Positions 48,630-58,690 of a DNA stretch of 64,000 nt are shown here, piece by piece. The first letter of the stretch is position 1. The number at the start of each line of letters is the position of its first letter. Both the position numbers and the translations under genes were made by a program. Origin of the DNA: Spirochaetia bacterium (GTDB lineage Bacteria; Spirochaetota; Spirochaetia; UBA9216); NCBI GenBank assembly GCA_963675665.1, contig OY776510.1, positions 288,001 to 352,000 of the forward strand, read 5' to 3'. A model generated the notes under the pieces. That model did no database searches. It was given only the letters and a program-made list of their open reading frames with translations, and was not told the DNA's origin.

Positions 48630-49889
48630 CTAAACCGCCTCCTGTTTTTTGGAAATCCTGGCTTTCCGTCGTTTTTTAATCCGTCCGCCGATATAGGTAT
48701 AGATGTACCTCGCTACAATAAGGAAAAGAATAATACCCTTCAGAATCTCAACAATCGAGTTCGGAATCTGCGTTGTTCTTGTCATATACTGACCGCCCGC
48801 ATCGAGGGCACCCCATAGAAGAGAGGTGAAGATAACGCCTATCGGGTTATTGGACGCCAGTATCGCAACCGAAATACCGTTCCAGCCGTATCCCGCGCTG
48901 AGGTTCTGGTACATCTTGTGATCAAGCCCGACAACCTGGTTGACCCCCGCCAGACCCGAAAGAAAACCGGCAAAGAGCAGCGCTATCATGATGTTCCTGC
49001 CGATTGAAATGCCCTGGGCCCTGGCGGCATTCGGGTTCTGTCCCACCGCGCGTATTTCAAAACCTATCCGGGTATAATACAGAATATAATACACCAGCAC
49101 GGCGACGGCTATTGCTATCAGAATGCCGATATGAAGTCGGTAATTCGCGTTCGGCAGAAACTGTTTAAACATCGGCAGAAAGTTGTTTTCAAGAATATCG
49201 TTTGTAACATAGGCGTGTGTCGATGCAGCGGGATCGCCGCCGTTTGCCCTGATAAATATCGGCGAAAGATGTCTTGCCGTGTGGGCAAGCATCATTGTAG
49301 TGATAACCTCATGGGCGCCGGTTTTAACCTTCAGCGCAGCAGGAACAATATTGTACGCAGCTGCGGCAAGACCCGAAATAACAAAAATCAGGATTATCGA
49401 GAAAAATGTCGGCATTCCGAGCCTCAGGCCGAGCCATGTAGCTGCCATCGATCCTATATAAAACTGCCCCTCGGCACCGATATTGAAAAGCCCGGCCTGA
49501 AAAGCAAACGCAACCGACAGCCCGGTAAAAATCAGCGGTACGGCATTAAGAATCGAAATATGCCAGTTCCGGACAAACCCGCCGTAAAACAGGGCTTTAT
49601 AAGCCTCTACCGGATCATAACCGGTAAACAGCATTATGATTCCGCCGAGAATAATCGCCGCCGCAATTCCCAACACAGGGATATAGAGCGTTTTGATAAA
49701 CTGTTTTGCCCAGCTGTTTGAAGCTTCCACGCCCTCGGCATAGCGTTTATAGAAATAGTAAAGTATCAATGCCGCTGCTATCAGAAAGATCCCGAAAAAG
49801 TAGGAAGCCGAATAAAAAACTATTCCGGCGGCGCCGGAGAGCAGCATCAGAACTGAAAACAATCGTTGAATATTTTTATTCTGAGTCAC
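48630..49889 (-). CDS. Nucleoside ABC permease (NupB/YufP-like)
   Basis: AGLFNIGAEGQ, EVITTMML and GFEIRAVG.NP.AA. Confidence 0.9.
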   Translation of the reverse strand: MTQNKNIQRLFSVLMLLSGAAGIVFYSASYFFGIFLIAAALILYYFYKRYAEGVEASNSWAKQFIKTLYIPVLGIAAAIILGGIIMLFTGYDPVEAYKALFYGGFVRNWHISILNAVPLIFTGLSVAFAFQAGLFNIGAEGQFYIGSMAATWLGLRLGMPTFFSIILIFVISGLAAAAYNIVPAALKVKTGAHEVITTMMLAHTARHLSPIFIRANGGDPAASTHAYVTNDILENNFLPMFKQFLPNANYRLHIGILIAIAVAVLVYYILYYTRIGFEIRAVGQNPNAARAQGISIGRNIMIALLFAGFLSGLAGVNQVVGLDHKMYQNLSAGYGWNGISVAILASNNPIGVIFTSLLWGALDAGGQYMTRTTQIPNSIVEILKGIILFLIVARYIYTYIGGRIKKRRKARISKKQEAV

Positions 49890-51432
49890 CGGAACCCTCC
49901 TGTCCGCCGGTCATATACAGACCGACTTCTTTTTCATCAGTTTCTTCAGGCTTGAAGGATTTAACCAGTCGTCCTTCAAACATAACTTCTATCCTGTCCG
50001 ACAACGCAAAAATTTCTTCAAGTTCGAGCGAGATAAGCAATATCGCCACTCCCTTGGCTCGCATGTCAAGAATCTGCCGGTGTATATACTCGATAGCACC
50101 GACATCCAGTCCGCGCGTGGGCTGGGTAATAAGCAGGAAATCCGGTTCGCGAGAGAATTCGCGGGCAAGAATAACCTTCTGCTGGTTACCACCGGACAAA
50201 TTTCCCGCAGGTATATTCACACCCGGTGTACGAACATCATACTGCCTGACAAGCTCTTCAGCCCCGGAAACAATCTTCTCCAGGTTCAGATTAATACTGC
50301 CCTTCGATTTAAGCGCCGGCATCCGGTCGTGATAACCCAGAATCGAATTCTCGGCAATGGTCATCGGAAGAACAAGCCCGAAGCGGTGCCGGTCGGCCGG
50401 AACGTAAGCCATTCCCCGTTTTATAAGCTCTTTTGTTTTAAGATGAGTAACTTCCTCATCCCTGAACAGTATTGAGCCTGACTCAACAGCCCTGAGGCTT
50501 CGTATTGCTTCGGCAAGTTCAGTCTGACCGTTTCCATCGACTCCGGCAATACCTACAATTTCGCCCGGACTGATATCAAGATCAAGATCAACAACCGCAT
50601 GTATGTTTTTGTCGTTCCTGACGTTAAGGCCCTTTATTTTCATTACAGGGGGCGCTGCTGAGCTGCGCTTTTCCTTGTGAACGGTAAGAACCACATCGCG
50701 GCCTACCATCAAATTTGCAAGATCCGCTTTCGAAACTTCAGATGTGATACATTCTCCCGATATTTCACCGCGGCGCAGAATATACGACCTGTCCGACAAC
50801 TCTTTAACCTCTTCGAGTTTGTGGGTAATAATAATAACCGAGACACCTGTTGCCACAAGGGTTTTGATAACTTCAAAAAGTTCATCAACCTCCTGCGGCG
50901 TAAGAACAGCAGTAGGTTCATCGAGGATAAGAACCTTTGCTTTTCGGTACAGCGCTTTCAGGATTTCAACCCTCTGCTGCAATCCGACAGGCATTGATTC
51001 GATAAGGGCATCAGGATCAACCTTTAATCCGTATTTCTTTGAAAGCATTCCAACTTCTTCACGGGCTCTTTTATAATCTATAATCCCAGCTGTTCCGGGT
51101 TCACTTCCAAGTATAATATTTTCGGTAACAGTCAGGGTTTCAACCAGCATGAAATGCTGATGCACCATCCCAAGACCGCGTACTATGGCATCTTTGGGTG
51201 ATGAAAAAGAGACTTCCTCGCCGTTCAGAAAAATCTGCCCCGATGTGGGTTTATAAAGTCCGTAGAGTACATTCATAAGGGTGGATTTTCCGGCTCCGTT
51301 CTCGCCCAGAAGCGAAAGGATCTCCCCCTCATGAAGCTTGATATTGATATTGTTATTTGCAAGAACTTTCGGAAATTGCTTAACAATGTTTCTCATTTCG
51401 AGAACGACGTTTCCGCCCAGGATTGCCGACAT
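49876..51432 (-). CDS. Nucleoside ABC ATP-binding protein (NupA/YufO-like)
   Basis: GMVHQHFML, QRVEILKAL, GIAGVDGNGQ.EL and QPTRGLDVGA; ATG at 51432 with AGGAG RBS. Confidence 0.93.
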   Translation of the reverse strand: MSAILGGNVVLEMRNIVKQFPKVLANNNINIKLHEGEILSLLGENGAGKSTLMNVLYGLYKPTSGQIFLNGEEVSFSSPKDAIVRGLGMVHQHFMLVETLTVTENIILGSEPGTAGIIDYKRAREEVGMLSKKYGLKVDPDALIESMPVGLQQRVEILKALYRKAKVLILDEPTAVLTPQEVDELFEVIKTLVATGVSVIIITHKLEEVKELSDRSYILRRGEISGECITSEVSKADLANLMVGRDVVLTVHKEKRSSAAPPVMKIKGLNVRNDKNIHAVVDLDLDISPGEIVGIAGVDGNGQTELAEAIRSLRAVESGSILFRDEEVTHLKTKELIKRGMAYVPADRHRFGLVLPMTIAENSILGYHDRMPALKSKGSINLNLEKIVSGAEELVRQYDVRTPGVNIPAGNLSGGNQQKVILAREFSREPDFLLITQPTRGLDVGAIEYIHRQILDMRAKGVAILLISLELEEIFALSDRIEVMFEGRLVKSFKPEETDEKEVGLYMTGGQEGSGDSE

Positions 51433-51617
51433 ATAAACTCCTATAAAATCCATCCGGATCAAAAAACCAAGAGCCATGGATGGCGAGTATAAGGGATTGA
51501 AAAGCCGGGCTTTTCAATCCAAAACATAAAAAGGCATGAATGACTTTTTATGTTCGTCCTCATTATTATGCTTTGAGTATTTTAACATAAAATTTGTAAT
51601 AATAGTCGAGGTTTTTA

Positions 51618-52487
51618 TTAACTTTTACGCGACGAGATTAAAAATATCGCAATGCCAATCCAGACTGAAGCAAAACCGAAGATGTCAAAAACCGTCATAT
51701 TTTCATGATATATAAAGATACCGAAGATAAGCATCATTGTAGGCGCAATAAACTGAAGAAAACCTATCCAGGTCAGCGGTATTCGCGTTGTTCCCTTGGC
51801 AAATAAAACAAGAGGAACAACCGTAATAATTCCTGTCGTAAAAAACATCAGTTTCATTCCCGGTCCCGAAGAAAGGAAACTGGCTGTTCCGGCTATTTCA
51901 GTGAAAACAAGATAAAAAGCCGCAAGAGGAAGAAGGAGAAAACTTTCAATCGTCATGCCTACAATACTGCCGTCTGCACTCTTCTTCTTCATCAAGCCGT
52001 AAAATCCGAAACTGAACGCGAGGATTACCGATACAACCGGAAAACTGCCGACAAGCGCCGTTTTAAGAATAACTCCAAAGGCGGCAAAACCGACGGCGGC
52101 CCACTGAAAACCGGTTAAATTCTCTTTCATAAAAACAAGTCCAAGAAATATGCTTACAAGGGGGTTCAGATAATAACCCAGGCTTGCTTCAAGAACGCGG
52201 CCGTGGCTTATCGCCCAGACATAGGTATACCAGTTAAATCCAAGAAGGACCGTTCGCAGTATAATCCAGCCCATCTGGCTGCGATCAGATAAAACTTTTT
52301 TGAATCTTGCGAAACCGCCTGTTATTCCCAGCATAAACAGCGACACAAAGAATGCCCAGAAAATTCTGTGAGCAATAATTTCAAGCGAGCCGATTCCCGA
52401 AAAGAACTTCCAGTAAACAGGAGTGAAGCCCCACCAAAGGTAGGATGCGGCCGCATAAATAACCCCGGCAGTTCGTTTGTTTTCCAT
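51618..52487 (-). CDS. rarD: EamA-family transporter RarD
   Basis: EIIAHRI.W, EASLGYYLNPL and GFLQFIAPT. Confidence 0.9.
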   Translation of the reverse strand: MENKRTAGVIYAAASYLWWGFTPVYWKFFSGIGSLEIIAHRIFWAFFVSLFMLGITGGFARFKKVLSDRSQMGWIILRTVLLGFNWYTYVWAISHGRVLEASLGYYLNPLVSIFLGLVFMKENLTGFQWAAVGFAAFGVILKTALVGSFPVVSVILAFSFGFYGLMKKKSADGSIVGMTIESFLLLPLAAFYLVFTEIAGTASFLSSGPGMKLMFFTTGIITVVPLVLFAKGTTRIPLTWIGFLQFIAPTMMLIFGIFIYHENMTVFDIFGFASVWIGIAIFLISSRKS

Positions 52488-52707
52488 ATACTGATCGAGA
52501 TTACTTTAGAATCGGGAAAATGACAACACAGCCGGGGGAAGATTACTCAATGATAACTATCCTACCCTGAGGTTGAGAATGGACAACCCCGGAGGTTTAT
52601 TCTAAAAGATATTGATATCTTCAATTTGAAGATTGCCTTAATGTTTATTAAAAAGCAATATATTAAATTGCAGATAGTTATTTTAAGAATATTGTGATTG
52701 TAATATT

Positions 52708-53358
52708 TTATATATTCTTGTTAAAATCTTCGAGAAATCCTAAAATGTTTTGTATGTGCTTTTTTAGACTTTCTTCCACACATCTTGCCTCACGGTTACG
52801 AATTAGATCTATTATCTCGATATGTTCCAAACGACTTTTATCGCTTCTTAGAAAAGAATATTCTTTCGTGTAATTTCTTATTCGATACACATGATCTGAA
52901 AAATTCGACAATATTGCTATCAGGTACTGGTTTCTACTGTTGTTTGCAATCAATCTGTGAAAATTATTATCGATCGAAATATGTTCGTTTAATTCTATTT
53001 CATTGTTATAATCCGGGTTCTTCCATAAATCATAGTAGTAATCCAACTCTGTAAGATCGATATAGTTCGTTGCGAGTCGGGCTGCATACGGTTCTATAAG
53101 CAGACGAATTGAATAAAGATCCAGTATTTCGGTTTTATATATCGTTGTGGCAAATATCCCGCGCTTAGGAAAAAACTTGACGAGATTCTCATTTTCCAAT
53201 CGAGTTAAAGCCTCTCTAATAGGAGTTCTTCCGATTCCGAGGTCCTCACCCAGTTCCTTATCCGATACAGGATCTCCAGGTTTTATAGTAAGATTTAGAA
53301 GTCTTTTTTTAATTTCATTATATGCAATTTCAGATAATTTCATCCTGTTTTTATTCAA
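52708..53358 (-). CDS. GntR-family regulator (FCD domain)
   Basis: LGIGRTPIREAL..L HTH; D..FH..I and EH..I. Confidence 0.9.
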   Translation of the reverse strand: MNKNRMKLSEIAYNEIKKRLLNLTIKPGDPVSDKELGEDLGIGRTPIREALTRLENENLVKFFPKRGIFATTIYKTEILDLYSIRLLIEPYAARLATNYIDLTELDYYYDLWKNPDYNNEIELNEHISIDNNFHRLIANNSRNQYLIAILSNFSDHVYRIRNYTKEYSFLRSDKSRLEHIEIIDLIRNREARCVEESLKKHIQNILGFLEDFNKNI

Positions 53359-53563
53359 GAATCTCCTTCTTCAAAATAAAGATCCGCATTCCATTGCTAA
53401 GTATATTTTACATGTTCACATCATTCTTGCCAATACATTTCGAAAGATACCCGTATTATCAATTTCAAGTAAAAAGTCAAGGCTTTTTTATATAACACTT
53501 TTTAATTATCAATCCTTTTTTCCCCAAGATTTATTAACATTGCCTACATTTGAAATAGTATTT

Positions 53564-54619
53564 TCACAGCCTGACACTTGCGCCGACTCTCGAAGCCAGC
53601 GCATTCAATTCGTCTATAAAAGATTCTTGTAAAGTAATCCCTTCTATTCTTCTTTTAGCCGAAATTTCCGATTCCGGTTCCCCAGGCCATTTAACCGTAA
53701 CTTCACTACAGTTCGACGGGGTTTCTTTAAGGATTTTCTTGAATTCATCTATACGTTTATAGAAGTCTTCCATTTCTATTAGAGCATCAATTTTAATAGC
53801 CATCATTAAATGAGCTGTAACACTCGGGTCTTTTGGATATTTATACATACCTTTCAGATGATGCAGGAATGCCCCACCAGTGAAAACACCGCATAAAATA
53901 TCTATAATTAAAGCAAGACCAAATCCTTTATGCCCCGCTATCGGCAATAGATATCCCTTTACAGCCGCTGCAGGATCTGTTGTAGGAATACCGTCAACAT
54001 CTGTCGCCCAGTCATCAGGAATAGATCCGCCCATTTTTTCCGCCAGGAGGATTTTACCCAAAGCAACATTTGAAAGAGAAATATCAAGAACTATAGGATC
54101 TCCCGACCTGACAGGAACAGCTATAGCAAAGGGATTATTACCGATGATAGCTTTTGGAACTCCAGGGACCGTCATCAGTGGAGCAACATTTGTCATGCAG
54201 ATACCTATCATCCCTTCTTCTACGGCCATACGTGCGAAAATCCCGGCTGCTCCGAAATGATTGCTGTTGATTGCCCCGCATAATCCAATTTGGAATTCCT
54301 TTGCAGTCTGAATCGCTTCCCGCATCCCCCTGTATCCGACAAGCATTCCCGGCGCATTATCACCGTCTATTAGCGATATGCCTCCATTCTTTTTTATAAC
54401 CCGAACATTAGGTTCACAGTTCATCGCACCTGATAAAATACGTTCTAGATAGATAGGCAGTCTTAGTATTCCATGAGAATCAATTCCTAATAAATTCGCC
54501 GCAATTAGTTTATCCGCGATAATCTCTCCATTCTTTTTACTCATCCCCGCCGCTTTGAAAATCTCTGATGTGAATGCTATTAAATCTTCATATGATTTCT
54601 TTTTTGAACCTGTATTCAT
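53564..54619 (-). CDS. Ldh_2-family NAD(P)-dependent 2-hydroxyacid dehydrogenase (AllD/ComC-like)
   Basis: GIDSHG, SNHFG, GNNP, GHKGFGL and PGE; ATG at 54619 with AGGAG RBS. Confidence 0.9.
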   Translation of the reverse strand: MNTGSKKKSYEDLIAFTSEIFKAAGMSKKNGEIIADKLIAANLLGIDSHGILRLPIYLERILSGAMNCEPNVRVIKKNGGISLIDGDNAPGMLVGYRGMREAIQTAKEFQIGLCGAINSNHFGAAGIFARMAVEEGMIGICMTNVAPLMTVPGVPKAIIGNNPFAIAVPVRSGDPIVLDISLSNVALGKILLAEKMGGSIPDDWATDVDGIPTTDPAAAVKGYLLPIAGHKGFGLALIIDILCGVFTGGAFLHHLKGMYKYPKDPSVTAHLMMAIKIDALIEMEDFYKRIDEFKKILKETPSNCSEVTVKWPGEPESEISAKRRIEGITLQESFIDELNALASRVGASVRL

Positions 54620-54757
54620 TAATTTCTCCTTTTTTTCTTTTGCGTACAATTCAGCCCGCATTTCGGATTCTCGATACGCTTCCTGTTTAGTCCATATATT
54701 TCTTTTCACGTGAAAATATTCGATGTTTTGACATCTTCTTTTTTTACGATATTATAA

Positions 54758-56704
54758 TTAAGGTAAAACTTCTTGTTGCCGTGTCTTTATGGTTTTTTTC
54801 AGATTAATGATCACACAAATTACGAGTATCACCAATCCTGCAATATCCGTTTTGTAGCCGGGGATAACCAGAAATAACCCTCCTGCCAATGACATGATTC
54901 TCTCATAGACAGTCTGTTTAGAAAAAAGGAATCCGGTTAATGCGGACGCAATCGTTATGACTCCGATTACCGCAGTTGGAATATTAAGCAAAACCCAGAG
55001 GAACCCTCTATCAAACATAATAAATGAAGGTTTAAAAGCAAAAATAAAAGGGACAACAAATGCAGCAACAGCTAATCGCGTTGACTGTATTCCTGTTTTA
55101 ATAGGTTCACCTTTTGCTATTCCTGCTCCCGCCACAGCGGCCAAACATACTGGAGGAGTAATATCAGCAATTATCCCGAAATAGAATGCAAACATGTGGG
55201 AAACCAGAATAGGCACACCGAGTAATAATAATGCCGGAGCTGCTATTGTTGATGTGATGACATAATTTGCAGTTGTCGGGACTCCCATTCCAAGGATTAT
55301 CGAAGCAATCATTGTAAAGAACAATGTCAGAAAAAGATTACCGTGAGCAATGCTTACCAAAGCCGATCCAAGTTTCAGACCTACCCCGGTTTGAGTAATA
55401 ACCCCAATAATAATTCCGGCACATGCACATGCTGCAAGTACACCCAGAGTATTCAATGCGCCGACTCTGAGGCATTCTATAATATCCCGTAGCGTTAGGC
55501 GTGTACTTTTCCTGAATTGTGAACAAATTATTGTGATGATAATGGCAAATAATCCTGCTTTAATTGGAGTATATCCCATTACCAAAATTACTATGATTGC
55601 AATGATGGGTATCAGCAGGTGCCCTCTCTCTTTTAGCGTTTCCTTTATTTTAGGCAATTCATCTTTTCGCATTCCACGAAGTTTCAGTTTTTTTGCTTCA
55701 AAATGAACACCTGCCCAAAGACCCAAATAATAAAGCAACGCCGGAATGAACGCCGTTACCGCTACTTTAAGGTATGGTGTGTTTGTAAACTCAGCTATTA
55801 GAAACGCAGCCGCACCCATGATAGGAGGCATAATCTGCCCTCCCGTAGAAGCTGCCGCTTCTACAGCACCAGCAAACTCCGGAGAATATCCCAGCCGCTT
55901 CATCATCGGGATCGTAAAACTTCCTGTACCTACAACATTAGCCGTTGTACTGCCGGTAATTGTACCCATAAATCCACTAGCCATTACAGAAACTTTTGCC
56001 GGACCTCCAGTCGCAGAGCCGGCTATTGAGTTTGCCAGATCTATGAATAGTTGACCCATGCCGGATTTTTCCAGAAAAGCACCGAACAGAATAAATAAAA
56101 AAACGAATGTTGCCGAAACGGAAATGGGTATCCCCATAATTCCTTCAAGAGTAAAAAATTGGTGCTGTATCAGATTTATTAGCGATAACCCCTTGTGAGC
56201 TATCGCCTTTGGAAAGTATCTTCCGAAAAGACCATAAAAAATAAATAGAAGTGCCAATATTATCATTGGCCAACCGACTACGCGTCTTGTAATTTCCAAT
56301 ACAAGGATAATCGCAATTATTCCGACAATCATATCAATATATGTTATACTGCCTGCCCTTCTTACGATATTTTCAAAGTTAAATACGATGTACATCGGAA
56401 CAGCTGCGCTTATAGTTGCCAGGGTTATATCCAACACATGAATTTTTTTCAGATTCCCTTTTTTACTTCCTGGAAAAATTAAAAAAATAAGCATAAAGCC
56501 GAATGAAAGATGAATACACCGAATAATCATAGTCTCCAGAGTATAAAAAGCGTTTACATAGATTTCAAAAACTGAAAAAAGAATAGCAATAATCGCAACT
56601 ATTTTATAGGAAACTCCCGTCAGTTCTCGACGGTTAGATTCCTTATCAACAGAGCGAAGCACCTCCTCAGTACTCATGTCTTGTATCTTTCTTTTAGCAA
56701 ACAA
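54758..56704 (-). CDS. TRAP transporter fused 4TM/12TM permease (TAXI type)
   Basis: GGPAK, ANVVGTGSFTIP, VEAAASTGGQIMPPIMGAAAF and DITPPV. Confidence 0.93.
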   Translation of the reverse strand: MFAKRKIQDMSTEEVLRSVDKESNRRELTGVSYKIVAIIAILFSVFEIYVNAFYTLETMIIRCIHLSFGFMLIFLIFPGSKKGNLKKIHVLDITLATISAAVPMYIVFNFENIVRRAGSITYIDMIVGIIAIILVLEITRRVVGWPMIILALLFIFYGLFGRYFPKAIAHKGLSLINLIQHQFFTLEGIMGIPISVSATFVFLFILFGAFLEKSGMGQLFIDLANSIAGSATGGPAKVSVMASGFMGTITGSTTANVVGTGSFTIPMMKRLGYSPEFAGAVEAAASTGGQIMPPIMGAAAFLIAEFTNTPYLKVAVTAFIPALLYYLGLWAGVHFEAKKLKLRGMRKDELPKIKETLKERGHLLIPIIAIIVILVMGYTPIKAGLFAIIITIICSQFRKSTRLTLRDIIECLRVGALNTLGVLAACACAGIIIGVITQTGVGLKLGSALVSIAHGNLFLTLFFTMIASIILGMGVPTTANYVITSTIAAPALLLLGVPILVSHMFAFYFGIIADITPPVCLAAVAGAGIAKGEPIKTGIQSTRLAVAAFVVPFIFAFKPSFIMFDRGFLWVLLNIPTAVIGVITIASALTGFLFSKQTVYERIMSLAGGLFLVIPGYKTDIAGLVILVICVIINLKKTIKTRQQEVLP

Positions 56705-56716
56705 GGCTTCCTCCTC

Positions 56717-56762
56717 ATATATGACTTATATATATCTTATATATAAGTCATATATTTGTCAA
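56717..56762 (-). promoter_or_regulatory. Promoter TTGACA-N17-TAAGAT inside a perfect 18-bp inverted repeat
   Basis: ATATATGACTTATATATA-TCT-TATATATAAGTCATATAT (56717-56755); 33/37 identical to the promoter at 62612-62648. Confidence 0.75.
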
Positions 56763-56852
56763 GTTTTTTCTTTTATACAAATACTTAAATTCAAAAATGA
56801 CTCGTATTAGAGTATCATAATAACATTTAAAAAATAATTTTAGATTTTATAT

Positions 56853-58127
56853 CATAGCTGTCCAAAACAATCATAACAGCTCCATTTGAAGTTTTAAGCC
56901 TGGCTCATTTCTGCCGGGCGGCGGTAGTTTATTCAGAATATTCCAGAGATCTTTTCTGGTCGTCAGGATTGATGGAAGCAATTTCATAAGCGAATAATGA
57001 GTCCATCCACCGGAAGATAACATCTTCAGATATTGCAGCATCAGATGAGTTATCAATGCTATCCAGATCTGAGTCATTACTGCATTTTTCGTCGTTCCAA
57101 AAAACTTCTTTATTTTCAGGTTCTGTTTGATTGTTTTGAAGAATATTTCTATCTGCCATCTGTCCTTATAGACAGCAGCAACTGTTGTAGGTGCCCAATC
57201 AAGCTGATTTGTAAGAATTACAATATATTTTCCTGTTTCCGGATCTTTTATTCTAATTCGCCGTAATTGGAGTGGACACTTCTTGCTGGTGTAGTATCCT
57301 CGCATTTCAATTATTTGATCTGATGAAATATTTTCATATTTTGAAACATTATTTCTTTGAAAAACTTTATAATCTGCATTCTTTTTCATACGAGTAATAA
57401 AATAAATGCCTGCAATACAATAACTTGCAAATAATTTGAAATCTGTATAGGCCCGATCGAATGCAACTACATCACCTTTATTGAATTTCATTTTCTTGAG
57501 TGAATTAAGCTCATGGGTTTGAGCTGTTGTAACAGATACAAAGTCCGGAATATATCCGCTGTGATCAAGTTTTACATTAAGTTTGATTCCGCCTTTATTC
57601 TTTCTAAACTTCGCCCATGGAAATACTGACAGGCATAAATCGATGGTTGTCGCATCAACACTGTACAGCGGATTTTTAAATCTATGCTTATGAGACCTTT
57701 TCATTTTAAGGATCTTTGTCAGCAGGTTATTGAATACATTTTCATAAATTTCTGAGGGTCTGTTGTTATTTGCATAGGAAAGTGTTGAGCGTTTAATCTT
57801 TTTTACCCCCAAATGATAAAGCATGTTTTTAATCGAATCCAATGCTGTTTCTATGCCTCTAAGTCCGGTCTGTCCTGTAAATTGGGCAAACAGCATTGAA
57901 ACAAATTGTTCCCAACAGGAGAATCCTTTTGAAGCAAAATCTCCTTTATACTTTCTGACAGATCTTTCAAATTCATGTCTCGGAATGATTTGAAGTATCT
58001 GATTTAAAATGCTATTCTTATAACTCATTGCCTGTTTTCCTTCCGTTGTAATGATTTAAGCTTGCCCGCTCAATTCATTATAACCAGGGATTCAGGCTAT
58101 TAATAGTCCTTATTTTGGACAGCTATG
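56853..58127 (-). mobile_element. Intact IS4-family insertion sequence (1275 bp)
   Basis: Perfect 15-bp TIRs CATAGCTGTCCAAAA (56853-56867 and 58113-58127); 9-bp target duplication ATTTTATAT (56844-56852 and 58128-58136). Confidence 0.95.
56871..58028 (-). CDS. IS4-family DDE transposase
   Basis: VDATTI, FDRAY and YKDRWQIEIFFK (YREK motif). Confidence 0.95.
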   Translation of the reverse strand: MSYKNSILNQILQIIPRHEFERSVRKYKGDFASKGFSCWEQFVSMLFAQFTGQTGLRGIETALDSIKNMLYHLGVKKIKRSTLSYANNNRPSEIYENVFNNLLTKILKMKRSHKHRFKNPLYSVDATTIDLCLSVFPWAKFRKNKGGIKLNVKLDHSGYIPDFVSVTTAQTHELNSLKKMKFNKGDVVAFDRAYTDFKLFASYCIAGIYFITRMKKNADYKVFQRNNVSKYENISSDQIIEMRGYYTSKKCPLQLRRIRIKDPETGKYIVILTNQLDWAPTTVAAVYKDRWQIEIFFKTIKQNLKIKKFFGTTKNAVMTQIWIALITHLMLQYLKMLSSGGWTHYSLMKLLPSILTTRKDLWNILNKLPPPGRNEPGLKLQMELL

Positions 58128-58163
58128 ATTTTATATTAAAAAAGCCACACAAACCGCGCGCTT

Positions 58164-58619
58164 CTATTTCATAGAAATCGCAATTAATTCACCCGGCATG
58201 AAATAATCTAACAAATAAAATTCATTTCCGCCTACGACCAGTTTATGTTTTGGAATATCAATAACAGGAAGACGTATCAAATAATTTTCGAAAACAATAT
58301 TCGTATTATTAATACATTTCCCATCTCGAAAAGAAATAATATTCTCCGATGATGAATAACTTGCCATCCCTGATCCATATGAGGAATATTCTGTTTCTGA
58401 TAAAATAATCGTATTATCGTTATTTATAACTAATTTTTCTGTTACTTCCGATATAGTGACTGAGTTTATATAGATATGATAGAAGCTTTCGCCCTCAATT
58501 TTAATTTCTAACGTCTTTCCATTCTCATTCCGTATACAGATATTTTTCTGAGCATCCAAACTCGAACAGGAAAAATAAAGTATTGCAAAAATAAAAATTA
58601 ATAAAATTCTTCTATTCAT
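58164..58619 (-). CDS. DUF1850-like TAXI-TRAP accessory protein
   Basis: F...Y.NSV....V.E and Y.S.G.GM pattern; lies between the TAXI binding protein and permease. Confidence 0.6.
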   Translation of the reverse strand: MNRRILLIFIFAILYFSCSSLDAQKNICIRNENGKTLEIKIEGESFYHIYINSVTISEVTEKLVINNDNTIILSETEYSSYGSGMASYSSSENIISFRDGKCINNTNIVFENYLIRLPVIDIPKHKLVVGGNEFYLLDYFMPGELIAISMK

Positions 58620-58640
58620 AAAACACTACAATCACTACCA

Positions 58641-58671
58641 ATACGGGTACAAAATAATTTTGTACCCGTAT
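58641..58671. terminator. 14-bp perfect hairpin after the TAXI binding-protein gene
   Basis: ATACGGGTACAAAA-TAA-TTTTGTACCCGTAT. Confidence 0.6.
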
Positions 58672-58690
58672 AATTATATCATTTCCCTAA

